64,000 nt of DNA, taken from assembly GCA_017525505.1 (NCBI GenBank), contig JAFXSR010000012.1, forward strand, positions 234,502-298,501, read 5' to 3'. Below are positions 54,999 through 64,000 of the stretch, in pieces (the first letter of the stretch is position 1; each line of letters starts with the position of its first letter). The notes below the pieces were generated by a model. It was not told the origin of the DNA and did not search any database. It saw only the letters and a list, made by a program, of their open reading frames with translations. The translations under genes were made by a program, and so were the position numbers. The stretch is from Bacteroidales bacterium (GTDB taxonomy: Bacteria; Bacteroidota; Bacteroidia; Bacteroidales; WCHB1-69).

Positions 54999-57900
54999 TT
55001 AATCTTTCACACAGCGGACAGAAAGTCCACTGTAATTGCCATAACCTGATGCGTTAAATTGGCAATTGTCAGAGGACAAATAGCGTCCCCATGATCCGTC
55101 ACCAGATGCACTGGTAGTACTCCAAAAGGTTGCTTGATAACCGAAATCAACATATTCACATAGTCCAAAACTAGCCAATGTGCATCTGCCAGCTGGTAGA
55201 GCTGAGAATCCAGTAGCGTTATTGGTTGACATGTTGTTTCCTATGAGACAATCATTACTATTGTTGATGGGCCAATTTGTAGTTTCTGCCAAAGCCTTAG
55301 CAATGAAAGTGGTTTCATTACCGCATATAAAATCATCAATACTACTTACATAATTTGCCATTTGTGTCCATTCCGCATCACTCGGTACATGCCATCCGTT
55401 AGGACATATACCTTGTACTCCACTTGGATTAGATGTGCTTGAAGCAGCTCCGTGCATTACTGCAGCCCAGTTGTATAAATAACCGTATGTGTCTATATTT
55501 GAGATATTATTGTCTGGATAATAGCGGTATGGTGTCATTGAGCTTGTATTATGACTCCAATTGATACTCATTCCATTGGCATAATGTGTGGTTCGTAAGT
55601 TTTCTTTCATCCAGCATTGGTTGCCGATTTGTACGGTGTGATAAACATGGCCATCATAGTCTGTAAGAGTCGCTGCATTTGGGCAAGGGTCACCACCAAA
55701 TCTTGTTGTAAAACTCTCCTGATTGCCATATAATGTAATGTTTGTATTGAGGGTGGCGTATGCTCGTATGTAGAAGGTAGTATTTGAAGAGAGATTTGTA
55801 ATATTGCTCGTAAATTCTCCAATGCCGCTGCCATCAATAGTATAATTATCATTGATGGTTGGGTTTTGTGAAGTGCTCCAGCAGAAACCACGGGCAATAA
55901 TTGTATCCATTCCCCCGTATGTGATATTCCCAGCCATCAAAACAGAGTTATTTAAGATATTGCTTGCCGATGCTGTTGTTATTGTCGGAAGTATCATTGG
56001 ACTTTCATCTCGAAGGCAACGGACAGAACGTAGATATGTTCCGCTCAAGCTATTCATAAATGTTTGATAAGAAGTGTTAGTCAATTGAAAATACAGACCA
56101 TGAGTATCACTTGAATAATGTGATCCTGTAGACGAATAAAAAACTGCTATGGTTCCGAAACCTTCGCCCCCCACACCTGCTGGAACTGCTGAAAAACCTG
56201 TTGCATTATTTGCATTTCGATTGTTACCTATTGCACAAGTGTTAGAACTACCGTTCCAATATGCAGTCGAGGCTAAAGCCTTAGCAATAGAACTTGCGTC
56301 AGTACTATCGCATAAGAATTGGTTCTGACCACTCACATAATCTGTCAACTGTGCCCATTCCGCCTCACTGGGCATGTGCCAGCCAGTGGGGCAAATACCT
56401 TGAACATCTCTTGGATTATTGCTACTTCCAGTAGCGAGATGCATTGCGGCAGGCCAATTATACAAATAACCGTAAGTGGTTACATTTAGACTGTCTCTAT
56501 TTGGATACCGGCGCCATGCCAGAAATGGATAATATTCAGCTATACTGCTCCAAAGGTATATGTCATCACTATTAGCGTAATGCGTGGTACGAAGATTTTC
56601 TTTCATCCAGCATTGCGATCCAATGACTACAGTGTTATAAATGTTTCCGTCATAATCCGTAAGTGTAACAGCGTCTTGACAAGATTCTCCGTCAGTGCTT
56701 GTCGTAAAACTAATTTGGTTGCCATACACTATAGTATTTGTATTATTTGTTACATAAGTTCTTATATAATAAGTCGTTCCAGGAGAAAGATTGGTCATAT
56801 AATGAGAGAAAGATTCGGAACTATTCCAATCTGTTGTATGATTACTATTGATGGTCGGATATTGAATGGTATCCCAACAAATACCACATTCGTCAATTGG
56901 GTAGATGTATTAATTGTACCGCTGCAAATGGCAGAAATACTGGTGATATAGGTGGCAGGCAAAGTTGTTACTGAAGGAAGTGTGGTGAATTGAAGATCTG
57001 TCCCGTATGCGATTCCAACGCTGTTAGTGGCGTATGCCCGTACATGATAGACAGTACCAGGGGAAAGATTTGTAAGATTACTTGTAAAACTACCCGTTCC
57101 GCTACCATCACTAGTGTGATTATTAGCAATTGTTGGATTTTGATTGGTACTCCAGCATACACCCCGAGATATTATTGCTGCTCCGCCATTTGAGTTAACT
57201 GTACTCCCACAGGTTGCTGTGGTTGTGCCTATATTTAAAATGTTGTTGGTACTCACTGTAGGAACAATACTGTTAACGGTTACTGTCACACTTGCACTGC
57301 CGGTACAGCCATAGCTGTTTGTTCCAATTACGGTGTAAGATGTGGTAGAAGTTGGACTGACGGTAATACTTGCTGTCGAGGCATTAGTGCTCCATTGATA
57401 ACTATTTGCTCCAGAAGCTGAGAGTGTGGTATTTTGACCATAGTTGATGGTAGTGTTGCCTATGATATTGATATTTACGGTGTTACATAAGGTCGTCAAA
57501 CTTTTTTGTTCTCCATAACTTGTTCCAACACTATTGGTGGCGTATGCACGTACATAATAGGTTGTGTTTGGTGTTAGTCCAGTAATATTGCTGGAAAAAT
57601 TTCCTGTGCCAGTACCGTTGGTGGTATGTGAATTATTTATTGTGGGATTTTGCGAAGTGCTCCAACATACACCACGGGCTGTAACGGTAGCTCCGCCGTC
57701 AGATGTAACATTCCCGCCGCAGGTAGCTGCAGATGTGCCAATATTTGAGATGACGTGTGTCGTTACAGTCGGTGCTGTATTAATGGTTACCATAACACTT
57801 GCAGAACCAGTGCAACCATAGCTGTTTGTTCCCACTACTGTATAAGTGGTGTTTGATGTTGGACTGACCGTTATACTTGCCGATGTAGCGTTTGTGCTCC

Positions 57901-59290
57901 ATTGATAACTATTTGCCCCCGATGCTGTGAGTGTAGTACTTTGTCCATAATTGATGTTAGTATTGCCAGAAACAGCAATGTTAACGACATTGCATAGTGT
58001 ATTCAATGTTCTCTGTTCCCCATAACTTGTTCCTTCGCTGTTGGTGGCATACGCCCGCACATAATATGTGGTGTTTGGGACAAGACCAGTGATACTGCTG
58101 GTAAAGGCACCTGTGCCACTTCCATCAGTGGTATGATTATCACCAATGGTTGGGTTCTGATTAGTGCTCCAGCATATACCACGAGCAGTAACTGTCGCAC
58201 CACCATCAGAGGTGACATAGCCTCCGCAAGTAGCGGAGTTATCTGTAATATTGCTTACCACAGAAGTTGTTACAGATGGGATAGTGGCAAGGGTGTTAAA
58301 TGTCACCTGTTCTCCATATCCTGTAATGCTTGCACTACTGGTGGCGTATGCTCTTACGTAATATGTGGTGCCAGGATTCAAGTTGGTCATAATGCTGGTG
58401 AAATCCCCAGTTCCGGCACCAACGGAAGTATGATTTTCATTAATAGTAGGCCCAATTGCGGTGCTCCAGCAAATACCCTTATTCACAATCATGGCCTCTC
58501 CGGTATAGTTTACATTGCCACCGCAAACGGCAGAAGAGCTTGTAATATTACTAACTTCATTTGTAATAACTGTGGGTGTCAAATTAAAAGGCAGAATGAG
58601 GGTTTCACTTTCGTTTTGCCGTTGGGTAATGGTTTCGCTTTTGTATTCTACTCCGTTAATAACGGTATAACCTGTGTGCTGCAATTCGTCGCCATTATGG
58701 AAGGGGTAAATGCCCATGGCTTGGCCATTTTTGGCACCAGATTCAAATTCACCGTTTTGGAATGATGCACTAACATGGCAGATAGAATTTTCGGCACCAT
58801 GGCCATTATTTACCATTTTCAGGTGCATTTGCTCATTTTTAACCGTAACCTTCAAAATATATACTTGAGGATTGGTCAGGTTGGCGGAAAACAAGTGTGC
58901 CCCAGCAGATAAATTGGCATAATATTGGCTTATAACCGTCTTGCCCATCAGGTCGAAAATCTCCAATAAAGCATCTGCCCCTTCTCGCAGATAAAGTGTG
59001 AAATGGGTGGTGCCATTAAAGGGGTTGGGAACATTTTGCTCCAATTGTGAGTTGCTTGAATTGCCATAATCAATTATGCCCACACCTCCTAAAACCAAGG
59101 TGGTGTCAGGAAAATAGAGCACTTCTTCCCACAGTTGGTCAAGATTAAAGGTCTTCACATGGTCCAATCTGACATAATGCTGCCCCGTTTGGTCTCTGCC
59201 TGTAAATTTAACAGTAAGCGTTTGCGTATATGCATAGGTGCATAACATCATGCATATTATTACAGCGAATGCTTTGAGTATTTTTTTCAT
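54999..59290 (-). pseudogene. Frameshifted exported FN3/Ig-repeat protein with two Fib_succ_major domains and an N-proximal T9SS-CTD-like domain
   Basis: ORFs 56795-59290 and 54999-56798 join by a -1 shift near 56900, which restores the FN3 repeat (PIDECGICWDTIQYPTINSNHTTD...MTNLSPGTTYYIR). Confidence 0.8.
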
Positions 59291-59325
59291 ATCTTGTGTT
59301 TCTTATTTTCAAACTTTTTTCATGA

Positions 59326-60195
59326 TTACATAGCCAAACGCAAACCCACCGCAAACGAATTGTTGGCTTCGGGCAGGCAATTGCGGCATTTGCAGCGGGA
59401 ATATGCAGCTTCGTAGGAGAAACTGCCACCACGTACCACCCGTTTCTCTCCGTAAGAAGGACCTGTCGGATTGTCAACATGGGAATATGGATATTCCCCA
59501 TAATAGTCAGCACACCATTCCCAAAGATTGCCGCTCATGTCATATAGTCCTAACTCGTTAGGAGTAAGCATGGCCACAGGATGCATGGCACCATTGGAAT
59601 TGTCCTTATGCCAAGCCACTGCATTGGCATTGTTGCTGCCACTGTATAAATAATCATGGGAAACTGTACCACCACAAGCGGCAAATTCCCATTCCGCCTC
59701 GGTGGGCAAGCGGAATCGCAAGTTGGAATAGCTGTTCAGCTTGTTGATAAATTCCAAAGCTTGTGTATAGGAAATGTAATTGGCAGGGTAGTTATCACCT
59801 TTGCCGTATTGCTCGTTCCAGAGCTCATGGCAGCCCATAATGGTTTGCCACTGTTGCTGTGTTATGGTCGTTTTGGCTATATGGTATTCTGACAAGTAAA
59901 CACTGTGAGTGGGTCCTTCATCTTCAATGCCACTGGAATAGGAACCCATATCGAAAACACCACCATTGATTTTAACCATAGAGGAAGCAATTTCGCGTAC
60001 TGTCTGTTTCACATTTTCCGGCAGGTCATTATCATTCCAAACAATGGTTAGATGGTTCACTTTGTCCGCAGGATATAATTTGGAATTCTGATACAGGTAA
60101 TAGCCCTTGTCAAAATAGGAGTCTTTCTCGCAGGAGACAGCTATTACGGCTGTCAGGAATAAGATAAAATATAGGATTGGTATTCTGTTTTTCAT
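59326..60195 (-). CDS. Formylglycine-generating enzyme (FGE-sulfatase/SUMF1) domain lipoprotein
   Basis: Lipobox AVSC; FDMGS, FRLPTEAEWEFAA, PNELGLYDMSGNLWEWC, RVVRGGS, GLRLA. Confidence 0.92.
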   Translation of the reverse strand: MKNRIPILYFILFLTAVIAVSCEKDSYFDKGYYLYQNSKLYPADKVNHLTIVWNDNDLPENVKQTVREIASSMVKINGGVFDMGSYSSGIEDEGPTHSVYLSEYHIAKTTITQQQWQTIMGCHELWNEQYGKGDNYPANYISYTQALEFINKLNSYSNLRFRLPTEAEWEFAACGGTVSHDYLYSGSNNANAVAWHKDNSNGAMHPVAMLTPNELGLYDMSGNLWEWCADYYGEYPYSHVDNPTGPSYGEKRVVRGGSFSYEAAYSRCKCRNCLPEANNSFAVGLRLAM

Positions 60196-60207
60196 AGCGA
60201 AGCTTAT

Positions 60208-61044
60208 TTATCTGTTTCTCTTTTTATTAGGAAGACAAAAGCCTACACCGGCTTTGGCCTCAACCGTTTTGAAATTGGTGGTGACCACTTCTGCCGAAAG
60301 GGCGAAGCGTTTAATGTCGAATAAGAGTCCGAAAGACACATCCACACCATGATAAGTACGGGCGGGATAGCTGTACCAGTGCTGGTCGTAAGTTTGCAAG
60401 GTCAGGGTGCGGTAGCCGTAGCCAACGCCAAACAGCATGTATAGCGGTTTGCAGGGACGTACCACCAAACCTGCTTGTACGGAGAGACGGGCTGTCTTAT
60501 GCTTTCCGTTCAACAGGTAGAAATCCCCGTCAACCAAAGGCTTGTACATGCCTTTGAAGTTGAAATTCGTCATGGCACTGACAAACCATCCCACATTTTT
60601 CGCCTGTCCCACTTTGAAGCCATACGACCATTGTGGCAGGGGACTGTAGGCGGCGTTTAGGGTAAAGAAGGTGTTGTATGGCATTTCCGCCCGGCGTTTC
60701 TTCTTCCATTGTTTTTCCGCATTGCCATCCACACGAACCATGAAAACGAAATCATCTCCAACCAATTCCGCCATTTCTTCCAGCACATTCCACACGATTG
60801 TTTTTCGGCCGGGACCAATGGTTTTGCCCACATCTCCACTTACTTGTTTTAGCTCCCGATAGGAATTGCCACCATTAGCGGAGATATAGACGGAAATGTC
60901 CGCTGCTTTATCCAAAGAGTAAGAGATGTGAATGTTCTTGTCCACCTGCTGTGCAGTAACATTAGAGACATTTTGTGCCCATAGGCTCTGGCAGCATACA
61001 GTCACTAATGATAGAATTACAAGTTTTATTGATAGGCCTTTCAT
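60208..61044 (-). CDS. Exported protein: conserved N-terminal module plus probable small beta-barrel
   Basis: N-domain paralogous to that of 52076-53386; amphipathic strands GVGYG and KAGVGF. Confidence 0.65.
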   Translation of the reverse strand: MKGLSIKLVILSLVTVCCQSLWAQNVSNVTAQQVDKNIHISYSLDKAADISVYISANGGNSYRELKQVSGDVGKTIGPGRKTIVWNVLEEMAELVGDDFVFMVRVDGNAEKQWKKKRRAEMPYNTFFTLNAAYSPLPQWSYGFKVGQAKNVGWFVSAMTNFNFKGMYKPLVDGDFYLLNGKHKTARLSVQAGLVVRPCKPLYMLFGVGYGYRTLTLQTYDQHWYSYPARTYHGVDVSFGLLFDIKRFALSAEVVTTNFKTVEAKAGVGFCLPNKKRNR

Positions 61045-61075
61045 TCTTAATTATTCATTCTTAATTCTTAATTAT

Positions 61076-62752
61076 TCAGAATCTCCAGTTTTGCCAGCTG
61101 TCTTGCACCTGCAGAGAGGTATTTACTTCGGGAGTTTGGTCTTTGCGGTTCACACGCAGACTGCTTTCACCTACGCTTTCATTTAGGTAATCAAACAATT
61201 CAGAATAGTTGCATTCGCCTTTGCTGTCTTGGAGTTTCTTCAGCAGGAAATAAGTAAACATGCCATGTTTTTTATCTGTATAAGGCAAGGCTGTCTGATC
61301 TGCCGCGGTGGCTGAGAATACCACAATATTTCCACTTAGAGCGTCTTTCTTCGGCGTTACTTTGATACCACGGGAAGCTACCAATCCCATGTCACGACCT
61401 CCGCCGCTGAAACAGGCGTCCAGAAACACAGTGATACGCTGGGCATTTGTGGAGCTCAAGCTCTGGTATAAGTCGTACAGGGCAATGGCGGAAGTGAGAT
61501 TGGAGGCATTGACATCCACGGGAATCAGGTAAGGTTCCTTGGTATTTTCATTGGGAAGTCCGTGTCCCGCATAGTAGAAGATGATTTCAGCTTGCGGGTC
61601 ACGTGCCGCCAAACGGGTAATGAAGTCAATTTCCTGATTCATTTTTGCGGAGGTGGCATTGTTCAAAAATGAAATATTTCGTGCATCTACGCCCAATGTT
61701 TTCTCACAATACTCTTTGAACATGGTGGCATCTTCCGTCGCAAAGGGCACATCCTGCTCACTGTTTAGACCTCTTTGATAAGAGTGGTAATCCTGATTTC
61801 CGATGATGATAGCATAACAATGGGGATTGGATTTGTTAGTTTGAGGAATGTCGCGATCCACGTCCGAACGCAACGACACGTCTTCAATAGCTGTATCTTT
61901 GATAATGGGAACGACAGTTATGGTGCCACTGGCCAAGGGCTGGTTCAGTGTCAGATTGATGTCTTTATTCTGTCCGTATTTGCCGTGTTTTTCAGAGATC
62001 TCCACTTTAAGAGGAAGCGAAGTTCCTTCATATCTTCCGTTTACTATCAGTTGGAAATTCAGGGTTTGGGTTTCTCCCGGACCCCATGTCGGGAAAGTGA
62101 ATAAATCTTGTCCGCTGATATTAAGCACATTGTCAGGATGCTTAAGTTTAACAGTGACATTCTCTCCTATGCCTTGTTGTATGTTCTGTAACAGGATCTG
62201 CAAATTGAATTGTTTTTGTTTTTCCAGAACACCGCCATTGTCACCTGAAACGATATAATCTTTGACCACAATCAAAGGTTCTTGGAATTTACGGGTTTGC
62301 ACACGCAGTTTATAAGGTTCCGTGTTGAAACCGAGCGGTTCATCCACATAAACCGTGAATTCCGCTACGCCATCAGCTGTTTTCATGGTGGTGGTGATAG
62401 GAAATTCAACTGTAGCAGTACCATTCACTTTAATGCTTGGAATCTTTTTGTCTGAAACAGTGATGCCATTGGTGGTACCCGAGGCTGAAATTTTGGCAGT
62501 CAATCCCAAGCCATCACCTAAGCCAATGTTTTTCAGTTTCATCACAATCTTACATTTCTCATTGGCATCAATGGCCTTGTTGTCATCCTCATCCACAAAG
62601 TAGGGTGCTTCCACAATCTCCCACAATGGTGGTTTTACCTCTTTGGTAATGTTAAAACTCATGCGAGGGCTGGTGGCTTCCGATTGTGCCGTTATCGTTC
62701 CTGTGTACAATATCAGGAGCAATAAGGCAACAAATAGTTTTCTTATTTTCAT
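61076..62752 (-). CDS. Exported caspase-family (peptidase C14) protein with Ig-like domains
   Basis: Signal peptide; YAIIIGNQDY, FYYAGHG (His), FLDACFSG (Cys), HGMFTYFLL, QTP. Confidence 0.92.
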   Translation of the reverse strand: MKIRKLFVALLLLILYTGTITAQSEATSPRMSFNITKEVKPPLWEIVEAPYFVDEDDNKAIDANEKCKIVMKLKNIGLGDGLGLTAKISASGTTNGITVSDKKIPSIKVNGTATVEFPITTTMKTADGVAEFTVYVDEPLGFNTEPYKLRVQTRKFQEPLIVVKDYIVSGDNGGVLEKQKQFNLQILLQNIQQGIGENVTVKLKHPDNVLNISGQDLFTFPTWGPGETQTLNFQLIVNGRYEGTSLPLKVEISEKHGKYGQNKDINLTLNQPLASGTITVVPIIKDTAIEDVSLRSDVDRDIPQTNKSNPHCYAIIIGNQDYHSYQRGLNSEQDVPFATEDATMFKEYCEKTLGVDARNISFLNNATSAKMNQEIDFITRLAARDPQAEIIFYYAGHGLPNENTKEPYLIPVDVNASNLTSAIALYDLYQSLSSTNAQRITVFLDACFSGGGRDMGLVASRGIKVTPKKDALSGNIVVFSATAADQTALPYTDKKHGMFTYFLLKKLQDSKGECNYSELFDYLNESVGESSLRVNRKDQTPEVNTSLQVQDSWQNWRF

Positions 62753-62755
62753 AAT

Positions 62756-63664
62756 TTATTGCTTGTTGATATTATAATCGATATTGATTTGTCCGCTTTG
62801 TTCGTCCTTCGAACCATCTTTATAAGTCACAGCAAGCTTCCATGTTAGTTGCTTTTCTGGATAAATCTTTCGATAGGACAGCTCGTAACGTTTTGTGTCT
62901 GTATCCGTAACTTCAACAATCACTTTGTTTGAAGCATCTTTAACTGAAAAGTGCAGTTTTTGCACATTGCTTGCATTCCACTCGAAAACAAAAGTTTTGT
63001 CAAGATTCTTGCATAGTACCAAATAGTTGCTTTTGTTGGGCTTTGTAATGCTTAAGCTATTGGTTTCCTGGGTTGAAGCATAGTGGCGTTCCTCAACTTG
63101 CACGCTAAGATATTCGTTAGAAAGTGTGGAGGAAGGTGTTTCTGTCGGAGGTGTCGCAGCCGTGGAAGTCTCATTCTCTACAGTTGAGGAAGTCGCTTCC
63201 GAAATGACACTTTCTGGTGTCTCATTTTGAGCGATATAAGTCTGCTCTACTTTCGGCTGTATCAGGGTTGAATCAGTTTCAGATTTATTGTCTTGGACCA
63301 AAGTGTTCTGTGGATTTGTTGAGCGAAGCAAAAGATAAATGGTGCTGGCCAACAAAATGGCGGCCACGGCAGCTGCTGCCATGGTAAAAATTCTAATACT
63401 ACGTCTGCGTTTTGTAGAGACATTTGGTTTATCCGCTTGGGATTCAGGCAAAACGCTGCGGATACTTTGTGCAGCTACTTCCAGGTTAGGTTTTCTTAAT
63501 GGCTCATGGTCAGCCAGTTGGGATGCTTTGGCAATGGCGGTAAACTCATCCATCAATTCGTGATTTTCCGCCAGCAGTTGGAGAATCTGTTCGTTTTCCT
63601 CCTCGCTGGTCCGGCCATCCAAAAATCTGGAAAAAAGCTCTTCTGAAATATTCAATTCCTTCAT
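62756..63664 (-). CDS. Putative anti-sigma factor (single TM helix)
   Basis: N-terminal EELFSRFLDGRTSEEE, one TM helix, Ser/Thr-rich linker, beta-rich C-domain; overlaps the sigma gene stop. Confidence 0.7.
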   Translation of the reverse strand: MKELNISEELFSRFLDGRTSEEENEQILQLLAENHELMDEFTAIAKASQLADHEPLRKPNLEVAAQSIRSVLPESQADKPNVSTKRRRSIRIFTMAAAAVAAILLASTIYLLLRSTNPQNTLVQDNKSETDSTLIQPKVEQTYIAQNETPESVISEATSSTVENETSTAATPPTETPSSTLSNEYLSVQVEERHYASTQETNSLSITKPNKSNYLVLCKNLDKTFVFEWNASNVQKLHFSVKDASNKVIVEVTDTDTKRYELSYRKIYPEKQLTWKLAVTYKDGSKDEQSGQINIDYNINKQ

Positions 63665-63999
63665 GACCTGTAAGCTTTTAGTATTTTCCTTAAATGTGCG
63701 ATGGCGCGGCTTTTCACGGTGTAAGCATAGTCAATGGACAAATCATGTTCAGCAGCAACATCTTGGATTTCAGCACCGTCCAACAATAGCTGTCGGGCCA
63801 CATCACGTTCAGTGTCGTTCTTCAAACTATCGATTGCCTTTTGAATGTCCATTTTTACCAGCTCCTGATTTTCCTGCTTGTACTGTATGATATTATCATC
63901 CCATTTTTCATGTATAGAGATGAGGCCGTAGGAATCTATCTTTGATTTCTTATAATTCATAAAAAAACGGAATGAAACCACTGATATCCAGGTGTTTAA
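63661..63999 (-). CDS. ECF-type sigma-70 factor, C-terminal part (truncated by window edge)
   Basis: Open to the window end: LNTWISVVSFRFF (region 2) and AIDSL...ERDV...QDVA...YTVKSRAIAHLRK (region 4). Confidence 0.8.
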   Translation of the reverse strand, partial: LNTWISVVSFRFFMNYKKSKIDSYGLISIHEKWDDNIIQYKQENQELVKMDIQKAIDSLKNDTERDVARQLLLDGAEIQDVAAEHDLSIDYAYTVKSRAIAHLRKILKAYRS

Positions 64000-64000
64000 T

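Noticed and set aside
7136-60195. Diversity-generating retroelement acting on FISUMP or FGE domains
   Set aside because: No reverse transcriptase and no near-identical template/variable repeat pair with adenine-specific mismatches seen; paralogous segments differ mostly at synonymous sites. A remote DGR cannot be excluded.
46776-64000. Prophage or integrative element
   Set aside because: No integrase, transposase, relaxase or phage structural genes were recognised in the window.

Overview
This is a Bacteroidota (Bacteroidales-like, anaerobic) chromosome window, judged from TAnnTTTG promoters, T9SS domains, batD/batE and a secY-map-infA order without adk. Bases 1-46 kb are mostly housekeeping: end of the spc/alpha ribosomal operon, mscL, a four-subunit 2-oxoacid:ferredoxin oxidoreductase, a GH133-GT4-GH57 glucan cluster, rplS, ispH, ftsY, rpmG, murB/anmK/murF, a TPP riboswitch with a TonB receptor and PnuC-type transporter, thiL, prs, batD (in-frame TAG), batE and hydG. 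Interspersed are two toxin-antitoxin pairs and a gene pair encoding a minimal T9SS protein and a 1924-aa collagen/fibre protein with four Fib_succ_major domains. Bases 46.8-64 kb are a co-oriented accessory locus: ECF sigma, probable anti-sigma, exported caspase-like protease, barrel-like proteins with a shared N-terminal module, FGE and Fib_succ_major/FN3 proteins, FRG, AlbA-wHTH, DUF4384-like, LPP20-like and transglutaminase-like proteins. The best leads are: (1) that caspase-centred envelope locus; (2) polarised 7/8-bp tandem repeats that overlap stop codons at many gene junctions and appear once in-frame inside anmK; (3) the minimal-T9SS plus fibre gene pair; (4) an AlbA gene whose repeat arrays reappear inside the coding sequence of the wHTH each precedes. 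No rRNA, tRNA, CRISPR array, transposase or reverse transcriptase was seen. All family calls are by eye, without database searches.
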